Part shown: piece after piece, positions 42,468-52,242 of the stretch
Layout: each line of letters opens with the position of its first letter
Position numbering within the stretch: the first letter of the stretch is position 1
IMG/VR virus record: IMGVR_UViG_3300021400_000025
Location: 22,479 to 86,478 of that record
Strand: one strand, 5' to 3'
DNA length: 64,000 nt
Source: a virus
Lineage: Duplodnaviria; Heunggongvirae; Uroviricota; Caudoviricetes
Translations under genes and position numbers: made by a program
Notes under the pieces: generated by a model
What the model was told of the DNA's origin: nothing
The model's input: only the letters and a program-made list of their open reading frames with translations
Databases searched by the model: none

Positions 42468-45400
42468 ATGAGAATAGTCATAGACAAGGATGTTTCAGAG
42501 ATTCAACTTCTTCAGGAGTCATATGAAAAGAGCAAGCCATCGTACAAGGTTCTTGCGGTGGAGAATGGCGAGAAGTTCGTGTATGGAACGAAGATTCGCA
42601 ACATCAATGAAGCAGTTGACGCTGTGTATGACATTGCGTGGGACGAGAACTTCAACGATTGCCAATCTGAGATTGTGGAGGTGTTTGGCGAGAGCGAACA
42701 TGTGATTTGGTCTTCTGACCCCAAGGTGCAGGTTTGCGAGTCAGTGTTGTTCGTTGAAGCTGGAGACAACAAGGACGGCAGCACGGCGAACAAGGACGCC
42801 AAGACTGGTCAGAACCAAAAGGGTTTCTTTGGCAAGTTGAAGGATGCCGCTGGAAAGGCTGCTGCAGGTGCCAAGAAGGCTCTTCAGGGACTTGCCAAGG
42901 GACTTAACATAGTTGGGGCGATGACGAAGCAGTTCTCAAAGGACGCTCTCAAGAAGTGGAGAGAGGGAGGATTGTTCAACAAAGAAGGACGCATCACTGG
43001 TCTTGGCTACAAGGTCATGACGGGACAGGTGAAGAACACCATTCCAGTGGACACTGGAAACAAGAACGACGACATCACACAGGCTTGGAAGGTTGCGCAG
43101 TCAAATGCCATGAATGCCCTCAAGAAGCAAGGATATACCGTGAATGGCGAAGTCAAGGCAATTGTCAAGACCGACAAGGATCCAATCACATTGTCTGCTG
43201 ATGTGACTGACAAAGATGGCAACGCACAGACAATCGAGTTCAATCAGGATGGAACAATGGTTGATGGTGGTGCCCAGAATGCCCAGAATGGTGGCGAAGG
43301 TGCTAACGCCAATGGTGGTGGAAACAATGCTGCTGGAGCCAATGGAAAGGATGGTGGTGGAGCTGGTGGCGCAAACACCCAGCAGATAACTCCTGACCAG
43401 GCGCAGAAGAACCCCAAGGCAGCTCTTGGAAACCTCGCCACGCGCGTGGCGAACCTTGAAAGGGAGGTTGGAATTGCGGCAGAATCCAAGTGGAACTACA
43501 ACAACGAGCAGAAGTTCGCCAAGAAGGATGGATATGAGAGGCAGACCATCAAGAGGTTCTTCAACGAGATGAACGATGAGTCTGTGAAGAACATCAAGTT
43601 CATCCGCCCAGATGGCACATTCAAGTTGTATGACATCTCCAATGGATCATAGGCGTATTCTGAATTCAAAAAAGACTTCAGGGAGTCCACATAGAAGGTT
43701 GAGAAGTCTGGTGACTTCAAGGAATGTCGGGTTGTCATTGAATCTTCTGGAAGCAGAAGCAAGTTGAATGGCTTCAAGTTCTCCGACTTTGGCGTGGCTG
43801 ACGATTTCGATTCAGATTCCAAGACCATCATCATCAGGGAGAGCGTAATCAAGAATGTTCCTGAAAAGCCAGATGGTAAAAAAAAAGCAAATGAACCACA
43901 ACATGAATCCATTGTGAATGAGTCCTCGATTGAGGGCATCTCCAAGAATCCTGAGCCAAATGGATTCACATTGGAGTTGGACAAGAAAGATCCACTTGAA
44001 GAGGTCAAGTCCCTTCTTGCAGCCATGAACAAGTACAATGGATTCGACAAGAAGAAGATTGATGACATCCAGGATGGTTCAATATCAGATGGCGTGACAA
44101 CATATCCAGACGTTCCAACTTTTGAGACTCCAAAGAAGCAGGAACCACTGGAAACTCCAAAGCAGGAAACGCCAACAATTGAAACTCCAGATGTTGTGAA
44201 GGAAGCCGAGGGCGATGATGATGCTGGTGGTGGAGGAGACGACGCTGGTGGAGACGCTGACCCATTTGCTGGTGGAGGAGACGATGGTGGTGGTGATGAT
44301 GCTGGTGGTGGCGACGATCCATTCGCTGGAGGAGGAGATGACGCAGGTGGGGGAGATGATGCTGGGGGAGATGCAGGCCCATTCGCTGGTGGTGGTGACG
44401 ATGCAGGTGGTGGTGGAGACGCAGGCGCCGCAGACATGGGTGGTGGAGGAGATGCCGCAGTAGATGGAGCCACAGAAGACAATCCCACCTCAGGAGAACC
44501 TGCACCAGACGATGCAGTGAACACTGACGCCCAAGACAATCCCAAGTCCCAATACAACATCAATGTGACCAAGCCTTTCAACCAGGACGAGAATTTCTCC
44601 CTCAATGATGAGGAGCAGAAGGAGTTCTTTGGGAAGATTGACCAGTTGGTGAAGATCCCCGACATGGACAACTATTCGCTTTACCTCTACCAGATAACGC
44701 CAGAGAACATGAACCTTGACGATGTTCACTACATCGAGGCTCTTTACCAGTTGTCTGTGAAGTTGGGGCTGCTTGAGGACATCTACGCCGACTCCAACTT
44801 GCTTGACAAGTACAGCTCCTACAAGTATTCTGTTCTGAAGGATGGGGAGGATGACGCGACCCAGGGGGAGGACGCATTGACTGTGACCGAGGGGACGACC
44901 AAGGTTCAGGACGATAACGAAAAGAAGGCTGCTGAACTCAACAAGAAGATGAAGCAGAAGAACGACGACAGGCGTGGTTCAGCATGGACTAAACTTGACA
45001 AGGACAAGAATGGCGTTGACAAGCCTGTGATAATAGACACAAGGAAGGATGGCTGGACATTCGACGGAAAGGATAATGACAAGAAGTTGATTGACTCCAC
45101 CGACGAAGGCAGTTTCCATGGACTTGGTTGGATTGCCACCTTCAAGGCAATGCAGTTCGGCTCCCCAAGGTATCTCTCCCTCTACATCAAGAGGAATGGG
45201 GATGCAAAGGCAGAGGAACAGTGCAGAAAATACCTTGAGAAGCTCTCCTATACGGAGATTGAGTTCGTGAACATCGACGAGGTTGACCCATACGAGTATG
45301 TCTACAGAATGGGTCAGGGAATGAAGACCCCAGAGACTGTGAGGACGGAGAAGTATGCGAACGAGGAGGTTCCAGTGACCTATTTCGAGAACAACGAAAC

Positions 45401-45848
45401 CAAGGTTCCAGAGTCAATCCCAGGGGACATCAAGCGCGATGTCAAGAGGGTGATAACCAAGTTGAACGCGGAAATCCGTGGGACAAAGCAGTTCAACTTC
45501 TTGAAGGAATGTGGCGTTGAGAAGCCACAGCTTGACCATCTTGAGTTCTTGACGCACTACAAGACAGCGCAGGTCAACGAGACATTGAGCGAGACGACCT
45601 ACAAGTTCGTGCTGAAGAAGAACGATAGCATGATGAGCAGGATGTTCTTCTCCAACATGAAGGAGAAATTGTTCAGGTATCTTGGGACATTCGCAACCAA
45701 GTACAACATGGAATGTGGATGCGAGGCAACGCCAACTGCAGTGACAATCAGCTTCATGAGAAGCGATCTTGGAAATCCTGGATACGATCTTGAGACAATG
45801 GTGGACGCAGACGTTGCGCTTCCAGAGACAACAGCGGACCAGATTTGA
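42468..45848 (+). CDS. Large multi-segment late protein (1126 aa, TAGs at 43650 and 43692)
   Basis: Two ORFs join in frame; G/N/A- and G/D-rich low-complexity linkers; GTAAATA at 42426-42432; several xES motifs. Confidence 0.75.
44213..44465 (+). repeat. Coding low-complexity GGDDAGG(DPF)AGG repeats
   Basis: Repeated GATGATGCTGGTGGTGG-like units inside CDS 42468..45848. Confidence 0.8.
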
Positions 45849-45859
45849 CAGAGGATGAC

Positions 45860-46774
45860 ATGAAAATGAAAAGAAGAAGAACAATCAAGGAAAGTTCCAG
45901 CGAGGCGTTGATTAAGCAGGCGTTGGAAGCGGCAATCAAGGCAAAGAATCTGCTGGACGATGCCGCGAACTCAATACGGGACGCAGTTGGCGAGACATTC
46001 CTTTTCGCAAGGCTTGACTCCCATTCAATGGATCTTGACGACACCATTGACGATATCAAGGGGGTTCTGAATGGAACTGTTGACCCCACTGACGATACTG
46101 TTGATGCCACTGATGGTTTCGATAATCCCTTTCTTGAATCCAAAAACAAGTTCGTCAAGGAGGAATCCTCATATAACGACAAGGCATTGCAGAAGTTGAT
46201 GGCGTTGGTTGAGTATTATGGAGACCTACGCCAGGGTTGGGGCCGCACACTGGCCACAGGACAAGACACTGAATACTACAAGAAAAAGGCGCAGCAGACT
46301 CTTGACGACATCAAGGAACATGCAACGCCATACATGGCATACACAGCATATGATGGCAAGGAGGAGTTCGAGGAAAGTGGCTCGGCGGAAGGTGAGACCG
46401 AGTGGTTTAACAATCATGGCGACATGAAGAAGAATCTTCCAATGGACTGCATTTTGGAGTGCTCGTCTGGTGGAAGTGTTGACGATTCTGTTGACTATTG
46501 GGTGAACAAGTTGAATTTCCATGCCCCAACCGAAAAGGGGTTGAGTTATGTTCGGGAGTATGGTCTTGACGACATTGAACCCGAGGATGTTGACAAGTAC
46601 GTTCTTTGGATAATGTGCGGAAACATCAAGGAAGAGGCCTATGAGTTCTGCCGCGATGGTTCTGAATGGGATTATGTTGACAAGGACGCATATCCCGAGG
46701 ACATGGATGATTGGGGAGAGGAAGATTGGGATAGATTCCAGGATGAAGTCGCAATCTGCCACCTTGGGATGTGA
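45860..46774 (+). CDS. Acidic multi-domain hypothetical protein (MKRRRTIKES tag)
   Basis: GAGGA RBS; segments separated by IKES, FLES, VKEES, FEES. Confidence 0.7.
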   Translation: MKMKRRRTIKESSSEALIKQALEAAIKAKNLLDDAANSIRDAVGETFLFARLDSHSMDLDDTIDDIKGVLNGTVDPTDDTVDATDGFDNPFLESKNKFVKEESSYNDKALQKLMALVEYYGDLRQGWGRTLATGQDTEYYKKKAQQTLDDIKEHATPYMAYTAYDGKEEFEESGSAEGETEWFNNHGDMKKNLPMDCILECSSGGSVDDSVDYWVNKLNFHAPTEKGLSYVREYGLDDIEPEDVDKYVLWIMCGNIKEEAYEFCRDGSEWDYVDKDAYPEDMDDWGEEDWDRFQDEVAICHLGM

Positions 46775-46797
46775 TTTTAACCAATGAGGAAACTGAA

Positions 46798-47136
46798 ATG
46801 AAGAAACTTAACATAACGAAAGAGAGATTTGAGAAGTCCAGGTACTTCACGAAGAAGTATGGCAAACTTGAATATGTGTCTGAATCTGGCAGACTTTTCA
46901 AGACGAACAAAGGCAAAGTGCTGATGTTCAAGGAATCTATCGTGGATGATGATGACGATTATGCTCGTTTTGCAATGAGTGACTTGACTGATAACATAGA
47001 GAAATACTTGAAGTCAAATAAAGACGAGCTTGATTTGGAGTCTGTTGAAAGAGTTATGGACTACAACACCGCCTTGCTTCTGACATTCAATACAGGGAAC
47101 AAAATCAAGATTTTGTTTGACGATGAGTTAGACTGA
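46798..47136 (+). CDS. 'LNITKE' N-module protein 3
   Basis: MKKLNITKERFEKSRYFTKKYGKLEYVSESGRLFKTNKGKVLMFKES shared module. Confidence 0.75.
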   Translation: MKKLNITKERFEKSRYFTKKYGKLEYVSESGRLFKTNKGKVLMFKESIVDDDDDYARFAMSDLTDNIEKYLKSNKDELDLESVERVMDYNTALLLTFNTGNKIKILFDDELD

Positions 47137-47184
47137 ATATAGTTAAAATCAATCCGTTATCATAATCCCCAGGTATGGGAAAAC

Positions 47185-47230
47185 GAAGAAACCGTGGATG
47201 CCACCCAGCGACCACGGTTCTTCTTTTCTC
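47185..47230. terminator. Terminator between convergent genes
   Basis: GAAGAAACCGTGG..CCACGGTTCTTC stem followed by TTTTCTC. Confidence 0.65.
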
Positions 47231-47264
47231 TTTTAGGTGATTGTCGTGCTATTCACAAGTTCAA

Positions 47265-48314
47265 TTATACCGGATTCTTCAGGTCAAGGGTCTTGATCTT
47301 GAGAAGAAATCCGAACAACATGGTTTCCTGGTCAATTGAATGTTCAATCTTGTAAAGTCGTTCAACCAAATCCATGAGGTCTTCTGCTGGAACGTTCTTG
47401 GTGTCAACTATGAAGTTGAACAGGCCTGAAGCGAGTCCGTATGGGGAGCAGAGGGATGCCAACGCCCCATTGTTCCCAAACGAAAGCACTGCGTTGTTGT
47501 ACGCCTTTCTCATGTTCAATGGCGTGTCTGAGGTCTCCACGATTTCCAGGAAGTTGGCAAGCGCAAGCCTTATTGCCTCCTTGCTGTCAATGAGGACTTC
47601 ATCTATATCCAATGTCCCCGACACGCATGCTGATTGCAGGAAGCCAACAACTGCCCTCATGTCAGGGTAGTATGACTTGATGAGGTTCCCGAGGAAATGC
47701 CTTGTCTTTGTGGGTTCACTGGTTATCTTCACATTCTCTTGTCCGAGGATGTAGAGCAGATTGGAAATCATGTCCGACACCGAGAACGAGAGGTTGAAGG
47801 GGATGAGCCTTGAGGGGCAGATTGGGGAGATTATGTTCTGTCCATAGTTCGCTGTGGCAATCCAACGGCAGTCCTTGTAAATCTCAATCGTGTTCCTCAA
47901 GGATTTCTGGAATGAGTTTGCCTGGGTTGACGATGCTGAATCCAGTTCGTCAAGTATGATTATCTTCTTGCCCTTTGACGCGCTCTGGCAGAATGGTATT
48001 ATTTTGGATTGGATTGTCTCAATCTTGCCTTCGATGGCGCATGGGATGAACAAGATGTCGTTGTCCTTTGACGAGTTGGCGAGAATCAACGCCAAGGTTG
48101 TCTTGCCAATTCCGGGACCTCCAATCAAGCAACAGCTCTGGATGTCGTCCGCCTCAATCCATGATGTGAACTTCTTCTTCAACTGGGGTTCAAGGCAGAA
48201 ATGGTCCAATGATCGAGGTCTGTACTTGTTCACCCAAAGCATGTCCTCCACATCAATGGGGTTTTGGCTCTCCTTGTTGTTGTCATCCAATATATCTTCT
48301 TCAAAGTCAATCAT
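47265..48314 (-). CDS. gp44: Sliding-clamp loader ATPase subunit, gp44/RFC-like
   Basis: LWVNKYRP, GGPGIGKTT, LDELD, SRL arginine-finger region, PDMR. Confidence 0.92.
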   Translation of the reverse strand: MIDFEEDILDDNNKESQNPIDVEDMLWVNKYRPRSLDHFCLEPQLKKKFTSWIEADDIQSCCLIGGPGIGKTTLALILANSSKDNDILFIPCAIEGKIETIQSKIIPFCQSASKGKKIIILDELDSASSTQANSFQKSLRNTIEIYKDCRWIATANYGQNIISPICPSRLIPFNLSFSVSDMISNLLYILGQENVKITSEPTKTRHFLGNLIKSYYPDMRAVVGFLQSACVSGTLDIDEVLIDSKEAIRLALANFLEIVETSDTPLNMRKAYNNAVLSFGNNGALASLCSPYGLASGLFNFIVDTKNVPAEDLMDLVERLYKIEHSIDQETMLFGFLLKIKTLDLKNPV

Positions 48315-48342
48315 CTTGTTGTTCCATGCCCTTTTCAATCCA

Positions 48343-48415
48343 ATTATACACCAATGTTCTCAAAATGTAAATTCAATCAACCCCCATTGACATTGAACGC
48401 GGAAAATGGTATAAT
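48343..48415. promoter_or_regulatory. Divergent sigma70-type promoters
   Basis: Minus TTTACA(48366-71)-N17-TATAAT(48343-48); plus TTGACA(48387-92)-N17-TATAAT(48410-15) with TGn. Confidence 0.8.
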
Positions 48416-48443
48416 AGTGGTTGTTGCGAAGGAAGAAAGCAAG

Positions 48444-49391
48444 ATGAACTACAACAATTCCATATCTGACCAGGTGAAGTTGTCAAGTGTCCTTGACGAG
48501 TTGATACTTGACGGCACAGATTCCAACATCATTGTGGAGTTCTTGAAGCAACATGAGCAGGACATTCCCGACATATACAAGCATTCCGCGTTCGTGTTTG
48601 ACTTGTATGATGTGTGCGCACACCCCAGAATGAAGATTGATGGGTTTTTGGTCAAGCAGATAAGGCATTTGCCCCCTATGAGCAGATATTTCGCAACCAC
48701 TTCTCTGTTCATGTTGTGCCTCAACACTGGAACCAACGATCATGCCATGACGATGTTGAAGGACGAGTTCAAGGCGAACAGGGGGTTTTACAATGGCCTT
48801 GACAGGATGCGCAGATTCACGGTCCGAGGGGAAGAACCTGTCCTCCTGGGATGTGTCAATTTGGTGGAGTTCTTGGATGGGATGGATGATCTTCGCGACA
48901 TGGAGATGTTTGTGTCCAATTCATATCTTGCGATGTCTGCGTTCCAGGCGTCTGCTTTCGTGCGATTGACCCCCGCCACGCAGTATTATCTATTGAAGGC
49001 TTGTATGTCGTTTACGCGCCAAAACCATGGGCATGAGGAGATGGATGTGGTCGGCCAGCTTGCGAAGAACCTTGTGAAGCAGTTGGCTGTGCTTGGGCAT
49101 CTTGACTTGCTTGCGTGGGTCTTGAATGTCTTGGGAGGTGCTTCGCGGGAACTCGCTTCATCGTTCTTGCTTGATGTTCCAAAATCCATAGTGGATCTTC
49201 TCGGAACATCTTTTGAGGAGGTTGTCTTTGAATCCAACATGCAGGAGACGCAGTACGACCCAATGGACTTGTTCCTGTACATATACCTTGCGAGGGGAGA
49301 TTTGTTCAAGGGCATGCAGGAGAACAAGGACTTGCTTGAGTTCTTCAACCTTCCATTCAACACAGACGAGTTGAAGTGGGGAGACGAGTGA
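48444..49391 (+). CDS. Hypothetical alpha-helical protein
   Basis: 315 aa, behind consensus promoter, typical codon usage. Confidence 0.7.
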   Translation: MNYNNSISDQVKLSSVLDELILDGTDSNIIVEFLKQHEQDIPDIYKHSAFVFDLYDVCAHPRMKIDGFLVKQIRHLPPMSRYFATTSLFMLCLNTGTNDHAMTMLKDEFKANRGFYNGLDRMRRFTVRGEEPVLLGCVNLVEFLDGMDDLRDMEMFVSNSYLAMSAFQASAFVRLTPATQYYLLKACMSFTRQNHGHEEMDVVGQLAKNLVKQLAVLGHLDLLAWVLNVLGGASRELASSFLLDVPKSIVDLLGTSFEEVVFESNMQETQYDPMDLFLYIYLARGDLFKGMQENKDLLEFFNLPFNTDELKWGDE

Positions 49392-49436
49392 TGCGCCGGA
49401 TTTTTCAACAACAGCAAAGGAGCAAACAGTAAGCAT

Positions 49437-50513
49437 ATGAAGAAGATAATGATGATTGCGGCCATCTGCGCCGTGGTGGTGGGCATGGCCATCTGCCTTG
49501 TTGTCCTCCACAAGCCAAGCAACCAGAAGACGACCAAGTTGTATGTCTATACATGGGCAGACTACATAGACCCCGACATAGTGGCGGAGTTCGAGAAACG
49601 ACATTCTTGCGAGGTTGTCATAGACACCTTCGACTCCAACGAGTCCATGTACGCCAAGCTGAAGGCCGGCGCGATTGGCTATGACATAATCACCCCCACC
49701 GAATACATCATGCCCCTGCTTCTCGGCGACAACCACAACAACAATCTTCTTGAGAGCATGGACATGAGCCGTCTGCCAAATGTTGAGCGCAACATCGATC
49801 GCGACTTGACCTCCAAGTGGAGCTGCGAGTGGAATGTCCCCTATTGCTTCAGTTGCACCGGCATCCTCTGGAGGAAGGACAAGATTCCAGAGGGGTTGAA
49901 GTTCCTTGATTGGAGGGATTTGTTCGATCCCAGACTGAAGAAAAGCGTGTGCATCATGGACGACATTCGGGAGTTGCTGGGCATTGCGCTCAAGGTGAAT
50001 GGGCATTCTGTGAACTCAAGGAGCAAAGATGAAATAGACAAGGCCGGCGCTCTGGCGAAGGAATGGCGCAATCGTTCGCGCAAGATGGACAACGAGGCAT
50101 ATAGGACAGGAGTGCCGGCGGGGGAGTTCGCCGCAGCGATGGCATACAATTCCGACGCAATCATGATTCTCGCGGCAGAGGGCGGCGAGAACTTTGGATA
50201 CACAATCCCCACCAATGGCACAATCTCCAGCATGGATGTCATGTGCGTGATGAAGACCTCCCGCAACAAGGATTTGGCGTTCAAGTTCATAGACAACCTA
50301 TATGACAAGACGAACGCTGTGCGCAACTCCGAATACAATTGCGCCCCAATGCCAGTGAAGGGGCTGTTTGAATCGCTGCCGGACAAATACAAGTCCCTCC
50401 CTCTGATGAAGATTGACAAGGCATTCAAGGCGCAATGCGAGGACATAGAGGATGTTGGGGAAGACTTGGAGAAGTATTCGTCCGCATGGGACAAGGTGAA
50501 GTCCGAAAATTGA
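49437..50513 (+). CDS. potD: Spermidine/putrescine-binding extracellular solute-binding protein (PotD/PotF-like)
   Basis: N-terminal signal/anchor; LYVYTWADYIDP..EF..VVIDTFDSNESMYAKL..YDII.P, PYCFSCTGI, W.DLFDP.LK..I.MMDDIRE motifs. Confidence 0.9.
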   Translation: MKKIMMIAAICAVVVGMAICLVVLHKPSNQKTTKLYVYTWADYIDPDIVAEFEKRHSCEVVIDTFDSNESMYAKLKAGAIGYDIITPTEYIMPLLLGDNHNNNLLESMDMSRLPNVERNIDRDLTSKWSCEWNVPYCFSCTGILWRKDKIPEGLKFLDWRDLFDPRLKKSVCIMDDIRELLGIALKVNGHSVNSRSKDEIDKAGALAKEWRNRSRKMDNEAYRTGVPAGEFAAAMAYNSDAIMILAAEGGENFGYTIPTNGTISSMDVMCVMKTSRNKDLAFKFIDNLYDKTNAVRNSEYNCAPMPVKGLFESLPDKYKSLPLMKIDKAFKAQCEDIEDVGEDLEKYSSAWDKVKSEN

Positions 50514-50523
50514 TCCGGGGGTA

Positions 50524-50552
50524 TTGACATCCAACCCAGATTATGATATACT
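50524..50552 (+). promoter_or_regulatory. Strong sigma70-type early promoter
   Basis: TTGACA-N17-TATACT with TGn; TATGATATACTA identical to the 12749 promoter. Confidence 0.8.
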
Positions 50553-50563
50553 ATTGGCGTTGA

Positions 50564-50612
50564 AGAACAACAAGAGTTGTTGAGAACAACAAGAGTTGTT
50601 GAGAACAACAAG
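50564..50612 (+). repeat. 19-bp tandem repeat (~2.6 copies) with internal palindrome in a 5' leader
   Basis: AGAACAACAAGAGTTGTTG x2 + AGAACAACAAG; CAACAA/TTGTTG inverted arms. Confidence 0.85.
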
Positions 50613-50617
50613 GAGAA

Positions 50618-50947
50618 ATGAATGTGGCAAATAATGTGAAAAGATGGTTCGTTGAAACCGTGGCAGCCGAAAGTTGGGAGGGCAAGCCCCTCGGCCCCAA
50701 CATCACGCTGGACTCCCTGGAGATGACGTCCCTGGATGAGGCGCGTGGCTTCGTTCAGAAGAAGATTGGCGAGTTTGCGTCAAACCCCACTGTTAGGCTT
50801 GAGTGGATTGATTGGGCGGCTAAGAAGGTGCAAATCAATTTCAACTACAGCATCGGGGAAATTGACAAGGTTCAGCAGACCTATGTCATGTACATCGTGG
50901 AAGTTGACGAAGATGGCAAATTGACCCATGTTGACATTGGAGACTGA
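50618..50947 (+). CDS. Hypothetical early protein
   Basis: AGGAG RBS after repeat. Confidence 0.7.
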   Translation: MNVANNVKRWFVETVAAESWEGKPLGPNITLDSLEMTSLDEARGFVQKKIGEFASNPTVRLEWIDWAAKKVQINFNYSIGEIDKVQQTYVMYIVEVDEDGKLTHVDIGD

Positions 50948-50948
50948 A

Positions 50949-51443
50949 ATGACTGAATGCCGAGACAAGAACGACCCTGAGTTCAACTCCATCAAGGACG
51001 TTGACTACATGAAGTTCCTGGACTTCATGAAGGACAAGGATTTGGAGAACCTTCGTCTCCCCCTCAACAACCCGGAGGCGTATCAGTATCTTCGTTGGCT
51101 CAATAAGTTCTTTGTGGACGACAACAACCATCTGAACTACCTTCTCAACATCTGGGATGCGCAACTCTCTGACAAGCCCATCTGCCCCCCAACCCCCCGT
51201 GAACAAGCCATCTTCAACTCGCGTCGCATCGTGGAGATTGCCGACGACAAGGAGCTTGATCCCAAGGACAAGGGCATCTACATCGACTCCAACGCCGAGA
51301 TGATTAGGGACGCATATCAGTATTGGTGCTACCCCATCTGGATTGCAACTGGTCTCGCGGGATGCGTCATGAAGTGGGGGACGTTCGAGGACAATCTGAA
51401 GCCGGGGGACGATTACATCACCTGGGAGGAGTGGAACTCCTGA
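50949..51443 (+). CDS. Hypothetical early protein
   Basis: ATG just after upstream TGA; typical codons. Confidence 0.7.
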   Translation: MTECRDKNDPEFNSIKDVDYMKFLDFMKDKDLENLRLPLNNPEAYQYLRWLNKFFVDDNNHLNYLLNIWDAQLSDKPICPPTPREQAIFNSRRIVEIADDKELDPKDKGIYIDSNAEMIRDAYQYWCYPIWIATGLAGCVMKWGTFEDNLKPGDDYITWEEWNS

Positions 51444-51463
51444 GAGGATTGGTGGGAGGCAAA

Positions 51464-51871
51464 GTGGTTTTTGAACATGAAATGCGGAATGGTGGACTTG
51501 TGTTCAACCTCACTTGCGATGAACGCAACAAGGTTGAAAATGCAAGGTTCATGCAGAAGCCGGCCATAATCAAGGCGGTTGATCACATGAACTTCTCAAG
51601 AAGTCTTCTTCGGCTAAAGAACATTGTCTTTCTTGATGGGGATTTCTGCAAGGAAGAGATTGACTATGTTTTTCCCAACGACAAGGACAAGTTCGCGTCC
51701 GACATGATGGACATATCAATGTCCTATGCGATTCTGTGGCTTGGTTCTGACATTCTGGGGTTCAACGATATTGTGGTTGCGAAGACCGCGCACAACACCA
51801 CGAACATCGACGCCGAAGTGATTGGGGCGTTTCTTGACAAGATTGGGGAGAACAACAATGGAAACTCTTGA
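51464..51871 (+). CDS. 'NIDA' paralog family member 1
   Basis: GGAGG + GTG; TTNIDAEVI motif. Confidence 0.65.
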   Translation: MVFEHEMRNGGLVFNLTCDERNKVENARFMQKPAIIKAVDHMNFSRSLLRLKNIVFLDGDFCKEEIDYVFPNDKDKFASDMMDISMSYAILWLGSDILGFNDIVVAKTAHNTTNIDAEVIGAFLDKIGENNNGNS

Positions 51872-52241
51872 AACAGGTGGATGGGACTCGTACATATGTT
51901 CTGATGGGCAACTGAATATTCTGGGGAACGACAACATGGACATGGAGGTTGTGCGCAGGAACATTGATCTTGCTGCGCTCAATTGCGAGCATTTGACGAT
52001 AAGGGACATCATCTTCAAGGATGGATCTCCAACCATCTGCAAGACAATGTGCTTTTTCTACATAGATAGGAGAAAGATGGTTGAAAGTGTTGTGTCGACC
52101 CTTGCTGTGTTTTCCCTCACCCACAGGCTCATGTTCGCAACCTATAATGGAACGATTTACGTAACTGAATCCGAAGACCACCAAACGAACATCGACGCTG
52201 AGTTTTTGGACTACATCTTGAACCTGAAGTGGAGACGTTGA
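51858..52241 (+). CDS. 'NIDA' paralog family member 2
   Basis: ESEDHQTNIDAEFL motif. Confidence 0.7.
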   Translation: METLETGGWDSYICSDGQLNILGNDNMDMEVVRRNIDLAALNCEHLTIRDIIFKDGSPTICKTMCFFYIDRRKMVESVVSTLAVFSLTHRLMFATYNGTIYVTESEDHQTNIDAEFLDYILNLKWRR

Positions 52242-52242
52242 A

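Noticed and set aside
3025-43694. Reading the TAG-split ORFs as pseudogenes or sequencing errors
   Set aside because: Every break is specifically TAG (never TAA/TGA or a frameshift), frame and coding character continue on both sides, and essential genes (gp6-like, scaffold) are affected
43878-43886. A9 run as programmed frameshift or phase-variation site
   Set aside because: The reading frame is intact through it and I saw no long alternative-frame ORF or downstream stimulatory structure
47137-47264. Possible suppressor tRNA or ncRNA in intergenic gaps
   Set aside because: No cloverleaf or T-loop GTTC(G/A)A motif recognised; only terminator-like stems. The suppressor machinery is presumably outside this window
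50564-50612. CRISPR-like repeat
   Set aside because: Units are directly adjacent with no unique spacers, only ~2.6 copies, and no cas genes
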